IMG/VR virus record: IMGVR_UViG_3300022868_000014
Coordinates: 32,453 to 96,452 of that record
Strand: one strand, 5' to 3'
DNA: 64,000 nt
Origin: a virus
Shown: piece by piece, positions 36,395 through 45,441 of the stretch
Layout of the letters: the number at the start of each line of letters is the position of its first letter
How positions within the stretch are numbered: the stretch's first letter is position 1
Program-made: the position numbers and the translations under genes
The notes under the pieces: generated by a model
Told to the model about the DNA's origin: nothing
Databases searched by the model: none
The model's input: the letters and a program-made list of their open reading frames with translations, nothing else

Positions 36395-36742
36395 ATGATA
36401 AAGTCCGGAAAGTTCTGGGGCGAGACTAGCCCTATATTTAATAAGAACAATGTAGAGATACACCGCCTAACAGGTAAGCAGGGAGGATACTCTTCTGTGC
36501 ATAAGCATCATGCTAAGTACAATATGTTCCTTGTTGAAGAAGGGGAGATAAAGATTACAACATGGAAGGACGACTCAGGTAAACCAGATGAGACTATTCT
36601 CAACACAGGTGATACCTGCATAGTGCCTCCGGGATTGTTCCATAAGTTTGATGTAATGCATCACTGTGTAGTTTATGAGATCTATTGGGTAGAACTAGCG
36701 GTGGATGATATTGAACGTAAGGACCATGGAGGCGTAAAATGA
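36395..36742 (+). CDS. cupin-domain protein (sugar isomerase-like)
   Basis: SSVHKHHAKYNMFLVEEG...GDTCIVPPGLFHKF cupin motifs. Confidence 0.8.
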   Translation: MIKSGKFWGETSPIFNKNNVEIHRLTGKQGGYSSVHKHHAKYNMFLVEEGEIKITTWKDDSGKPDETILNTGDTCIVPPGLFHKFDVMHHCVVYEIYWVELAVDDIERKDHGGVK

Positions 36743-37473
36743 AGATTGAAATCGCAGTACAGACACATTTCTTCCAGCAGAGACTATGCTGGATGCTTTC
36801 ATCTATAAGGCAGCAGATCCTACCTGACGATTTGGAGCTGAGTGTATCTGTTGCATACATCCCAGGGCTTGGTACCCCGACAACAGAAGCTGTTACAGGC
36901 TTGTTTAAAGCTTTAGGTATGAAAATTAATGACTGCACCTATCCAGACCAATCTGAATTCCAATATAGAGGTTGGACACGCAATAGGCAGTTAGATGAGT
37001 GCGAAGCAGACTGGATCGTATACGCAGACACTGATATGGTGTACCCTCCTAGCTTCTTCGCCAAGACGGCCGAGAAGCTTAAGAACGAGTACAAGGATAA
37101 CCCCCACTGCCTATACAGCAGAAGGTTCTCTACAACATTACCGGAGACTAAGGAGCTTATGGGTAAATATAGTTATCCCTGTATAGTCCGTCAGGCGCAC
37201 GCGTATGCAACAAGACTTCCCGGTAAACTCAAGGGTAATGTAGGGGCAGGCTACTTCCAGATGGCTAATGTTAAACTATTAAAAGAAAACCATGGCTACT
37301 ACCAGATCCCCGGTAAGAAATTAGACCGCAGCTGGGATAGGGGTCAAAAAGCAAAGAGTGATATGCACTTCCGTAAAATGCTCGGTAGGGAGGCAATAGA
37401 TCTCCCCCTACAAATACATCTTCAACATGAAAGGGACTCCGACTTCGGAGAACATGTGGAGATACAAAGGTGA
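36739..37473 (+). CDS. GT2-like glycosyltransferase
   Basis: LSSIRQQ, RGWTRN, WIVYADTD (DxD), GYFQM, HLQH. Confidence 0.75.
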   Translation: MKIEIAVQTHFFQQRLCWMLSSIRQQILPDDLELSVSVAYIPGLGTPTTEAVTGLFKALGMKINDCTYPDQSEFQYRGWTRNRQLDECEADWIVYADTDMVYPPSFFAKTAEKLKNEYKDNPHCLYSRRFSTTLPETKELMGKYSYPCIVRQAHAYATRLPGKLKGNVGAGYFQMANVKLLKENHGYYQIPGKKLDRSWDRGQKAKSDMHFRKMLGREAIDLPLQIHLQHERDSDFGEHVEIQR

Positions 37474-37477
37474 CCAT

Positions 37478-37693
37478 ATGAACTGTCCGGACTGTAAAGA
37501 CAGATGTAAATGTATTGACTCCCGTGACGCCTTGACCTATGGTCTGGGTGACGAGGATCTCCTTGATGATTCCCCTGTTAAGGAGAGGAAGTACGTTTGT
37601 AAGAATTGTGAACGTGTGTATATTACACAAGAATACATAGCGACTTCCTATAAAGGAAAGTCGAAAGATAAGAGACTTCAACCATCAAGGTGA
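37478..37693 (+). CDS. NrdR-like N-terminal zinc-ribbon protein
   Basis: MNCPDC...IDSR...RKYVCKNC...TQE. Confidence 0.6.
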   Translation: MNCPDCKDRCKCIDSRDALTYGLGDEDLLDDSPVKERKYVCKNCERVYITQEYIATSYKGKSKDKRLQPSR

Positions 37694-37744
37694 TGGCGGT
37701 GCACTTGTTATGCATCGAGAAACAATAACAAACAGGAGATTATT

Positions 37745-38704
37745 ATGCCTAGAATGACCCCTATGGGTAACGACAAGAACGACGAGACCTTCCTAAGGAA
37801 CTCACCCCGCGAATTCGGCCATGCAAACTTTGGATCAACTGTTCCGATGTTCTTCACGCGCTATGGTGCGCCTGTTGATATGATAGGACAATACTATGGA
37901 GCAACCTGCTTCCTGGTATCTAATGGTCCAAGCCTACTTAAGCTAGACCTTGAAAAGCTTAAACAACCCGGAGTTATGCTTATGTCCCTTAATAATGGTG
38001 CATCAACACTATTACAGAATGGTATCATACCTGACTTCTGGACATGCGTCGATCAACCAAGTAGATTCGTTAAGCAGATCTGGCTTAACCCTGCGATAAA
38101 GAAGTTTATTCCTACAGCAACCTTTGAGAAGGAACTATGGGATAACGAGGAATGGAAAACACTAAAGGACAGTATTGGTATTAAGTTCCCTAAGGACTGC
38201 CCCAATGTCATAGGGATTAAACGTAACGAGAAGTTCGCAGCACATAGGTTCTTCACAGAAGCCAGCTTTAATTGGGGGTGCCATAAAAAGTGGGGTGGTT
38301 GCCGTACGGTATTACTACCAGCTATACGTTTACCATATGTACTTGGTTTCCGTAAACTATGCCTGCTTGGTGTGGACATGAGTATGAACGAGACTGATAA
38401 GTATCACTTCGATGAAGGGCGTACTAAATCAGCTATTAACAATAATAATAATACATATAAGCGTATTATTACTGAATATGGCCCAGGTATACAGAAAGCC
38501 GCAAAGGAACTAGACTACCGTATAGTAAACTGTAACCCTGATAGTGGCTTAGATTGCTTCGAGCAGCAGTCCTTTGATGATGCCCTCAAAGAAGCAGTAA
38601 TACCATCCAACCCTATCAGCACAGCTGGTATGTATGTTGAATGGACCAAAAAGGTAGGTATGACTAAGGACCAGGCCCTCAAATCAACAGGCCATAGCAG
38701 TTGA
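37745..38704 (+). CDS. Maf/DUF115-like (sialyltransferase-like) sugar transferase
   Basis: CFLVSNGPSL, SLNN, PDFWTCVD, LGFRKLCLLGVDM, YHF, IVNC motifs. Confidence 0.7.
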   Translation: MPRMTPMGNDKNDETFLRNSPREFGHANFGSTVPMFFTRYGAPVDMIGQYYGATCFLVSNGPSLLKLDLEKLKQPGVMLMSLNNGASTLLQNGIIPDFWTCVDQPSRFVKQIWLNPAIKKFIPTATFEKELWDNEEWKTLKDSIGIKFPKDCPNVIGIKRNEKFAAHRFFTEASFNWGCHKKWGGCRTVLLPAIRLPYVLGFRKLCLLGVDMSMNETDKYHFDEGRTKSAINNNNNTYKRIITEYGPGIQKAAKELDYRIVNCNPDSGLDCFEQQSFDDALKEAVIPSNPISTAGMYVEWTKKVGMTKDQALKSTGHSS

Positions 38705-38729
38705 AAAGTCCCCCTTCATACGATATAGT
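38701..38729 (+). promoter_or_regulatory. sigma70-like promoter
   Basis: TTGAAA-N17-TATAGT. Confidence 0.5.
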
Positions 38730-38784
38730 AGTGTAGATGATTATATGCATTTACAATTAATATTAGAATTAACAGGAGAAAAAT

Positions 38785-39102
38785 ATGGGTAACTCATTAA
38801 TATCCCACGGCGGTAACCCACCTGAGGGCTACGATGTAGCTACAACAGGTACAAGAGTCGCCACAAGACAGGTGCTCAGGAAATACTGGGCTGCTGTGAA
38901 CACATCAGATACAGCAATCTATTTAGCTTTATACCAGGTCGGTACAGGCGACACCAACACAGCTGTCGTAGGCAGTGGTATCTATCTTGCACCCAATGGC
39001 GGATCCTTTGAACTGAACAATGTCAATATGTACTATGACGAAATATGGGCAATCCATGATGGAACAGGTACAAAGAGACTCAGTGTACAACAGGGCCGGT
39101 AA
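38785..39102 (+). CDS. small beta-rich hypothetical protein (possibly virion)
   Basis: ACAGGAG RBS; 105 aa. Confidence 0.65.
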   Translation: MGNSLISHGGNPPEGYDVATTGTRVATRQVLRKYWAAVNTSDTAIYLALYQVGTGDTNTAVVGSGIYLAPNGGSFELNNVNMYYDEIWAIHDGTGTKRLSVQQGR

Positions 39103-39254
39103 TTAAAATCCAATAACGGAGCCTATTGTGCTTAAAAGTGAAGATAAAGACGAGCTCAGCTTTACAGTGAGTGATGATTTATCAGGACTTTTACACCTAA
39201 GGATCAGCGCAGGCAGTAAGATAGAAGAACGAGAACTATAGTAGACACCTTTAT

Positions 39255-39283
39255 TTGAACTACGCGCCTACAACGTGTATTAT
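39255..39283 (+). promoter_or_regulatory. sigma70-like promoter
   Basis: TTGAAC-N17-TATTAT upstream of decoration copy B. Confidence 0.45.
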
Positions 39284-39337
39284 ATAGATATGACGAAATA
39301 AACTTTAATATCCAGTAATTTAACAGGAGAAATAATA

Positions 39338-40123
39338 ATGGGTACACTAACACCAGCTCAAATGTTTGATCATACTTTGAACGTCATAAAAGGACCTTCA
39401 CTTATGCACAGACTAGACTTTAGAGCAGCACCGGCCGCTAGCGAAGCAATCGCTGCCGGATCTGTTTGTTCGATCAACGCCGCAGGGCAACTAATTGCTG
39501 GTTGTACCGTCGGAGCCGCAATGAATAGGCCTATGCCTATGTTCTCAATTCAGAACGTCGATGACTTTGATGCCAACTCGGACGTAGGCAATATAAGTGG
39601 TGGTGTTATGAGTGCGATCGTAGCAACAGGTGGATTTGAAATTGAAACTACAGAATATGATACAGCAGGTACATATAACCCCAATGACTTTCTAACAGCA
39701 GACGGAGTCAATACTGGCGACGTTAAACGCATGGTCGAGGCACCTTATGGAGGCCAAGTAGGCGTTGGTGTTGTAAGTGAAGGTACTAGTACCAATGCAG
39801 ACGGCAAATCAGTAATTCGCTTCTGGACAGTTTATCTACCAGGCGGAGCCGGTGGCTATGATAACAGCAGCTCAAGTAGCTCAGACATTCTGAATTACAG
39901 CTCAAGCAGCAGCAGCTCAAGTAGCACACTAGCTAAGAGTACAAGTAGCTTAAGCAGCTCAAGCAGCTCAAGCAGCTCAAGCAGTAGCACAGATGTTCTA
40001 GACTACAGCACAAGCAGTGTTAACAGCTCAAGCAGTACTTCAGAGGTCTTAGACTACAGTACAAGCAGTGATAACAGTGCAAGTACAGTAGGCAAGAGTA
40101 CAAGCAGTACTAGCGTACCATAA
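39338..40123 (+). CDS. putative capsid decoration protein, copy B (long Ser-rich tail)
   Basis: First ~170 aa nearly identical to ORF 25679; ~83-aa Ser/Thr tail. Confidence 0.7.
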   Translation: MGTLTPAQMFDHTLNVIKGPSLMHRLDFRAAPAASEAIAAGSVCSINAAGQLIAGCTVGAAMNRPMPMFSIQNVDDFDANSDVGNISGGVMSAIVATGGFEIETTEYDTAGTYNPNDFLTADGVNTGDVKRMVEAPYGGQVGVGVVSEGTSTNADGKSVIRFWTVYLPGGAGGYDNSSSSSSDILNYSSSSSSSSSTLAKSTSSLSSSSSSSSSSSSTDVLDYSTSSVNSSSSTSEVLDYSTSSDNSASTVGKSTSSTSVP

Positions 40124-40195
40124 GCCAACAGATTAACAGTTAATGCCCGGGTAAAACCGGGCAACTAGCTTAAAGTGTTTAAGAGGGATATTGAG

Positions 40196-40648
40196 ATGGC
40201 ACCAAAAAAGCAACAAATAGTAACCACTGAAACCCAACTATTTGCTATAATGACCAAATTAGCGGACGCCCGAACTGACGCAGACGAGTCAGCCCATGAA
40301 GATATTAAGGATGCCCTTGCTAAACTTGATGAGAAGGTTGTTACATTAGATAAGTCTATAAGAGGCAATGGCGCCCCAGGAATTAAACAGGAACTGGTCT
40401 TATTACGTAAAGACGTAGATACCCACCTAGACGACTGTAAACAAAACGCAATGTCTACTAGATGGAAGGTCGGAATAATACTGGCCTCTATACTGGCCTC
40501 CATACCCGCTGTAGCTGCTTTCCGCCAATTACTCAGTATGGGTGATGCGGATGAAAAGATACACACAAAGGCGCTAGTACTGGAGATTATAAGAGATGTT
40601 ACTCGTTTACCTGTAGAGCTTGACCCTCCGAACCCCGACACACCATGA
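40196..40648 (+). CDS. coiled-coil protein with a transmembrane helix (holin-like?)
   Basis: Coiled coil followed by VGIILASILASIPAVAAF. Confidence 0.5.
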   Translation: MAPKKQQIVTTETQLFAIMTKLADARTDADESAHEDIKDALAKLDEKVVTLDKSIRGNGAPGIKQELVLLRKDVDTHLDDCKQNAMSTRWKVGIILASILASIPAVAAFRQLLSMGDADEKIHTKALVLEIIRDVTRLPVELDPPNPDTP

Positions 40649-40878
40649 AGAAACTTTATTTAGGTATATTAGTACTCATACCCTTCTTACTGGTAGGGTG
40701 TATGGCTAATCCCCTTTATAAACCTTCCCTAAGACTAAACAAGCATGTATTACCTGAATATTATAAATATGTCCAAGATGATCCGAAACTAACCCAAGAA
40801 CAGAAAACGCGTAGACACAACGCATGTGATGATTATGGCAGATTACTCAAAGATTACGGAGAGACTGAAGGAGATTGA
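40645..40878 (+). CDS. small lipoprotein (spanin-like?)
   Basis: MKK, hydrophobic core, LLVG-C lipobox. Confidence 0.65.
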   Translation: MKKLYLGILVLIPFLLVGCMANPLYKPSLRLNKHVLPEYYKYVQDDPKLTQEQKTRRHNACDDYGRLLKDYGETEGD

Positions 40879-41185
40879 TTGGAAGCCTATAGCTGACAAA
40901 GCCCTGGATGTTCTTAAAGACACAAGCTCTGATGAGCTGACTGAGCTCTCCCCTGAAGATAGAACCCGCTATGAAGCGGCCGTAATGGATGTTGCACGCC
41001 TTACTATCCTACACATGACAGCTAACCAAGAAGAACGTGAACTCATAGAGAATGAAATGGGATTCGTTAAGATATCCATGGAGAGCATGGAAGCACGTAA
41101 TAATCTCTTTTCTTATCGTAAAACTGTAGAGATTATAGGTGCAATACTGGCCGCTACCATCGCTGTAGCACTTGCAGTAGCCTAA
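40835..41185 (+). CDS. helical protein with C-terminal hydrophobic anchor
   Basis: Overlaps the 3' end of the lipoprotein gene; IIGAILAATIAVALAVA. Confidence 0.55.
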   Translation: MADYSKITERLKEIDWKPIADKALDVLKDTSSDELTELSPEDRTRYEAAVMDVARLTILHMTANQEERELIENEMGFVKISMESMEARNNLFSYRKTVEIIGAILAATIAVALAVA

Positions 41186-41365
41186 GAACTAGCCTCAAAA
41201 AAACAATCCGTTGTAATTTAATTTGCTTTTTTTCTTTTTTATGCTATTTTATACTTGTGGACAAAAAAGATCTTCGAGTGTCTTTTAATAGTTAAGGAGG
41301 AATTATTATAATCGAGTTCTATGATTGTCCTCAGAAGCAATTTATAATATAACAGGAGTACGTTT

Positions 41366-42136
41366 ATGAAAAAGCGACTAATAGTAATTGGAGATCTTCA
41401 TTGTGGGCATAGAGGAGGACTAACACCCCCAGCTTGGCAGATAAGTGGAGGTAAGAGCCCTAAGATTAACGCCCTTCAATCAGAGATGTGGAAGAAGTAT
41501 AGAGAACTTGTACGTAAGTATAAGGCCTTTGACGGGAAATTAATGCTAGTATGTAATGGTGATGCCATTGACGGTGACGTAGCAAGAGGCGAACTAACAG
41601 AGTCCGACTTGCTACAACAGGTTAAGATGGCGCAAACGTGTATTGATGTATGGGGAGCAAAGGAGCATTTCTTCATGGAAGGAACACCATTCCATACAGG
41701 TAAGGTAGTACGCTTCGAGGAAGTGTTAGCTGATAAATATGACGAAGAGCTCCTCGAGGAAGAATTCCTCACAATAAATGGTCACGTGTTTTATTTCAGA
41801 CATAAGGTAGGTCGTAGTGGTTTACCACACGGTAGGCATACAGCACCCGCTAAAGAAAGTATGCTTAATAGACTGGAATACGAACGAGGCCAATGCCCTA
41901 AAGCAGACACTCTTTGTTTTAGTCACGTTCATTATCACACGTTTTGCGGGTACCCGGGTACCACAGCTATGACGCTACCCGCGTTGCAGACCATATCTAA
42001 TTATGGCGGAAGAGAATGCAGCGGACAGATTGACTGGGGTATTACTGTCTTTGATGTGGACAACAGCGGCAGCTGCTCATGGGTAGCAGATACTCAAATA
42101 ATCGAAGGAACTAAAAAAGTAGCGAGGAAAGCATAA
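41366..42136 (+). CDS. calcineurin-like metallophosphoesterase
   Basis: GDLH, NGDAIDG, GTPFH, FRH and SHVH motifs. Confidence 0.85.
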   Translation: MKKRLIVIGDLHCGHRGGLTPPAWQISGGKSPKINALQSEMWKKYRELVRKYKAFDGKLMLVCNGDAIDGDVARGELTESDLLQQVKMAQTCIDVWGAKEHFFMEGTPFHTGKVVRFEEVLADKYDEELLEEEFLTINGHVFYFRHKVGRSGLPHGRHTAPAKESMLNRLEYERGQCPKADTLCFSHVHYHTFCGYPGTTAMTLPALQTISNYGGRECSGQIDWGITVFDVDNSGSCSWVADTQIIEGTKKVARKA

Positions 42137-42420
42137 TGAGGCATACAACACACAAGGTAAAAAAGATGACGATCGATCCCGGTCTCAAGAAGGAGCTTGA
42201 TGCTCTTGTGGTACAGGAACAGCACTCAAAACGCTGGACGGATGAAGCGGAAGCTGTTCTGATTCATTATTATACCGAGACGGATGTCTCGGTGACAACT
42301 GTCTGTAAGATACTAGCGAAGGCCTTTCCTAAGAAGGATTGGCCTTATGCTATCGTTAACGGTAAGATACAGTACTTAAGGCGACAAGGTTGTTTCGGGT
42401 CTGTAAAGGGTGTAAAGTAA
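42136..42420 (+). CDS. hypothetical protein
   Basis: TAATG coupling; 94 aa. Confidence 0.55.
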   Translation: MRHTTHKVKKMTIDPGLKKELDALVVQEQHSKRWTDEAEAVLIHYYTETDVSVTTVCKILAKAFPKKDWPYAIVNGKIQYLRRQGCFGSVKGVK

Positions 42421-42434
42421 CATAGGAGGATAGT

Positions 42435-42830
42435 ATGGAAGAGAAAGATCCCAAAGAGGGTTTTAACATGGTGGGCGCAAGCCCTCCACCAGAAGATCCA
42501 GGTGCAAGTCTTGGCATGTTCCTACCCAGGTCAGCCATAGAGGCCCTGAACAAGCTCCCCGAAGAGGAGCACAAGTTTTTACAATCTTTACTAGAACGGT
42601 TGAGCGTCGACATGCAAGCGATGCAGACCGCTACGAGTGAGGAAGATATGGAACGGATGATGTCTACAATCGGCAACGATTTAGCCACGGCTGTTAATTT
42701 AAAGTCGTTGGAGAAAGCAGAGGCCGAAGAATTGGCAATTAACATGGTCAGTGCAGTAGCGGCATCCGGTACAAGATGTCTATTCCTTACTCTACTGAAC
42801 CAGGCCAAAATGCCAGAGGAAGAAAAATGA
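42435..42830 (+). CDS. hypothetical protein
   Basis: GGAGG RBS; 131 aa. Confidence 0.6.
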   Translation: MEEKDPKEGFNMVGASPPPEDPGASLGMFLPRSAIEALNKLPEEEHKFLQSLLERLSVDMQAMQTATSEEDMERMMSTIGNDLATAVNLKSLEKAEAEELAINMVSAVAASGTRCLFLTLLNQAKMPEEEK

Positions 42831-43261
42831 AAGATATATTCCCTAAGTTTAGTAATAGACACTTATATAATATAAAAGATGTTTATGAGCAAGCTGGCCT
42901 AGACATGTCAGACGAGCTTAGGGAATTATCTAATTCTGATGCGAAGAAGCTATGGAATGGCATAGGAGCAGTAGCTCACTGGTATAATTGGTTAATACCC
43001 AAGACCTGTGGTTTTCTGAATGTTGAAATATGTAGTGCCGATCATGACATAGCCTACCAGTTCGGGCAGACGCAGGAAGATAAAGAAGCAGCAGATGCTA
43101 GGTTTAAGTATAACATGATAACATGGATACGGTTGCATACGGATCCCGGGTATCGTTGTCTCTTGGCATGGAGAATAAGAAGAGCCCGTGAAAATTACTG
43201 GTTTGTTAAAGAATTTGGAGATGCGGCTTATTGGACCGGTAAAAATAAAAGAGGTAACTAG
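42827..43261 (+). CDS. phospholipase A2-like / DUF1353-like protein
   Basis: NGIG, HDIAY, KEAADARF, VKEFG motifs. Confidence 0.55.
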   Translation: MKDIFPKFSNRHLYNIKDVYEQAGLDMSDELRELSNSDAKKLWNGIGAVAHWYNWLIPKTCGFLNVEICSADHDIAYQFGQTQEDKEAADARFKYNMITWIRLHTDPGYRCLLAWRIRRARENYWFVKEFGDAAYWTGKNKRGN

Positions 43262-43340
43262 GGCATCGAACCCGAACAACAGCGTCACTCACTGTTTGTT
43301 GCCTCTCACTTTAGAGTGCTTAACATAGTAGGAGTGTATT

Positions 43341-44027
43341 ATGTCAAAAAAGATAATTGCCCATGTAGGTGACCGCTTTGGGCGTCTAGTACTAGCAGCA
43401 GAGGTCCCCGAAGGCGTCAGAACCCCTTCCCGTTACAAGTATCCATGTATATGTGATTGTGGTACTAAGGTTGATGTACTCCTTTCATCCTTACGATCAG
43501 ACAACACTACGAGTTGTGGATGCTACGGAAGGGAACAGAGAGCAGCGGCTGCTACAAAACATGGACTAAGAAAACACCCGCTTTATACAGTATGGGATGA
43601 TATAAAAGGGCGTTGCTTCCGTGAAAAGGCCACTGGATATATTTATTATGGTGGGAGAGGTATTCTAATGCACAGACCATGGGCAGACGACTTCAAATGC
43701 TTTTATGATTGGTGCATAGAGAACGGTTGGACCAAAGAACTAGAGCTTGATAGAAGAGAAAATGATGGTAATTATGAGCCCTCTAATTGTCGCTTTGTGA
43801 CGCATAGGCAGAATAGTTTAAATACAAGGGCACAGAAGAGCTTAAGTGGTTATACAGGAGTACATCCCGATAAGAATAGCTGGGCCGCCCGTATTATTGT
43901 TAAAGGGACTTTATTTTTATTAGGTAATTTCCCTACAAAAAGAGATGCTGTAGTTGCTCGCAACACATTCATCAAGTCCCGGGGGCTGGAAAATGAGTAC
44001 GAAATTCAGACTATAAAGGGTATTTAA
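43341..44027 (+). CDS. HNH/AP2-domain homing endonuclease
   Basis: CICDCG...SCGC, YGGRGI, LDRRENDGNYEPSNCRF, C-terminal AP2-like SGYTGV...WAARI...LGNF. Confidence 0.85.
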   Translation: MSKKIIAHVGDRFGRLVLAAEVPEGVRTPSRYKYPCICDCGTKVDVLLSSLRSDNTTSCGCYGREQRAAAATKHGLRKHPLYTVWDDIKGRCFREKATGYIYYGGRGILMHRPWADDFKCFYDWCIENGWTKELELDRRENDGNYEPSNCRFVTHRQNSLNTRAQKSLSGYTGVHPDKNSWAARIIVKGTLFLLGNFPTKRDAVVARNTFIKSRGLENEYEIQTIKGI

Positions 44028-44040
44028 TACCAGCTGTCAG

Positions 44041-44064
44041 AAATGTCTAACGCGTTAGACATTT
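44041..44064. promoter_or_regulatory. palindrome copy 3, extended to 24 bp (AAATGTCTAACGCGTTAGACATTT)
   Basis: Perfect inverted repeat overlapping the -35 of TTGAAA-N17-TACATT (44063-44091). Confidence 0.7.
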
Positions 44065-44109
44065 GAAAATACAGTGCTTTATGGGTACATTATTAACTTA
44101 GGAGGATAC

Positions 44110-44418
44110 ATGTCAGAGAAGGATAATAAAGAGAAGAAAACGTTTAAATATGAATACAATCATTATGATCTCGGTTACGGAATGCATTACGGTATGCACA
44201 GCTTTTTTGGGGAGCATATCGCCTTTGGAAAGGGATCAAATATGGTTCATATCTACCCCTATAAAATATATATTGGGGATGATCAAGAACACGCTATTGA
44301 AATAACACCGGAACAGCAGCGTGTATTAAAAAATGTGTTTAAAATAATAGGTCGTCGGATTGAAGCTGCAAAGCTTAACCCTGAGAAACATCAAGGGGAA
44401 TTGACCGAGGACAAATAG
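44110..44418 (+). CDS. hypothetical protein
   Basis: AGGAGG RBS before ATG 44110. Confidence 0.6.
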   Translation: MSEKDNKEKKTFKYEYNHYDLGYGMHYGMHSFFGEHIAFGKGSNMVHIYPYKIYIGDDQEHAIEITPEQQRVLKNVFKIIGRRIEAAKLNPEKHQGELTEDK

Positions 44419-44427
44419 AGGGTTAAT

Positions 44428-45441
44428 ATGCCACTTCCAGATGTTTGTTTAGGATCAGATGTACCGGGCGCAGGCGGTCCAAGTGGAGGCGCCGGCCCAG
44501 GTGCACCAGTAGATAGTACAGTACCTATAGCCCCGGGAGGGGCCATAGGCGATCCAACTAATAGCGGTCCTGTAGAAGGGCCTTTAACTAATTACAACCC
44601 AGGCTTTGGCTCAGTAACAACAGGCTGGCCCTATATAATGCTTACACAGGAGATGCGTAAAGTCATCTACCTACAGTTAAAGGATTATGTGTGTGGCGGT
44701 GTCAACTCTGATTTTACGCAGGTTGACCATATAGAGTTTGTTGCCAAGGAGTGGCTCAGTGCTCCTGAGGTGTACCTCACCAAGACATGTACAGTTGTAG
44801 ATGCGGATGAGGGTCTTATCTCGATTAACTTCAAACCCAAGAATATTCCCTACGCAGGCATATGGCCATCCGCTATAGTTTGTTATAATGCTTCTAACGA
44901 AGTGATAGCACACTATAAGTGTTACCTATACATCCAACCCAATATTAACTTAGTGGGTACCAATAGATTAATGTCCTATCCTATTCAGGTACATGAGATC
45001 AGGCTTCAGATGCGTGATACCTGTCCTGAAGCTAATACACTCCTAGAGGACGTAGAGTTCTCTGACCTGGAGATCATGTGGGCAATACAACGTCCTATCG
45101 AAGAATGGAACGAAACCTCACCTGACCTAACTGGTAGCGGTTATTCCTTTACACAGAATACATTCCCGTGGAGAGAGCACTGGCGTAGAGCAGCTATGGC
45201 TTACCTCCTACAATCAGCAGCTATACACCAGCAACGTAATAACTTTAAGTATAGTGCAGGTGGCGTCAGCGTTGATGACCTTGATAAGGCTACACCTTAC
45301 TTAGGTATATCTAAGATGCTTATAGATGAGTGGAGAGAATGGTTACTGATGAAGAAGCGTGAGATTAACATAGGACTATGTTACGGATCAATCACATCCG
45401 TTAGTTTTGGAAGTTCCTATAACTATGGTAGACAGTGGTAA
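44428..45441 (+). CDS. putative head-tail adaptor/neck protein with N-terminal Ig-like domain
   Basis: First gene of the tail module; EIRLQMRD..EANTLL..EFSD and YSAGGVSVD neck-like segments. Confidence 0.5.
   Translation: MPLPDVCLGSDVPGAGGPSGGAGPGAPVDSTVPIAPGGAIGDPTNSGPVEGPLTNYNPGFGSVTTGWPYIMLTQEMRKVIYLQLKDYVCGGVNSDFTQVDHIEFVAKEWLSAPEVYLTKTCTVVDADEGLISINFKPKNIPYAGIWPSAIVCYNASNEVIAHYKCYLYIQPNINLVGTNRLMSYPIQVHEIRLQMRDTCPEANTLLEDVEFSDLEIMWAIQRPIEEWNETSPDLTGSGYSFTQNTFPWREHWRRAAMAYLLQSAAIHQQRNNFKYSAGGVSVDDLDKATPYLGISKMLIDEWREWLLMKKREINIGLCYGSITSVSFGSSYNYGRQW

Noticed and set aside
39128-39241. 37-codon GTG-start ORF (VLKSEDKDELSFTVSDDLSGLL...)
   Set aside because: It looks like coding sequence, possibly a gene remnant, but is too short and featureless to support a call.
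25679-40123. Diversity-generating retroelement template/variable repeat pair
   Set aside because: Differences between the two copies are not adenine-specific, both are intact genes, and no reverse transcriptase is in the window.
40144-40163. Intrinsic terminator after decoration copy B
   Set aside because: A GC-rich hairpin (TGCCCGG-GTAAAA-CCGGGCA) is present but has no U-tract, so it was not called.
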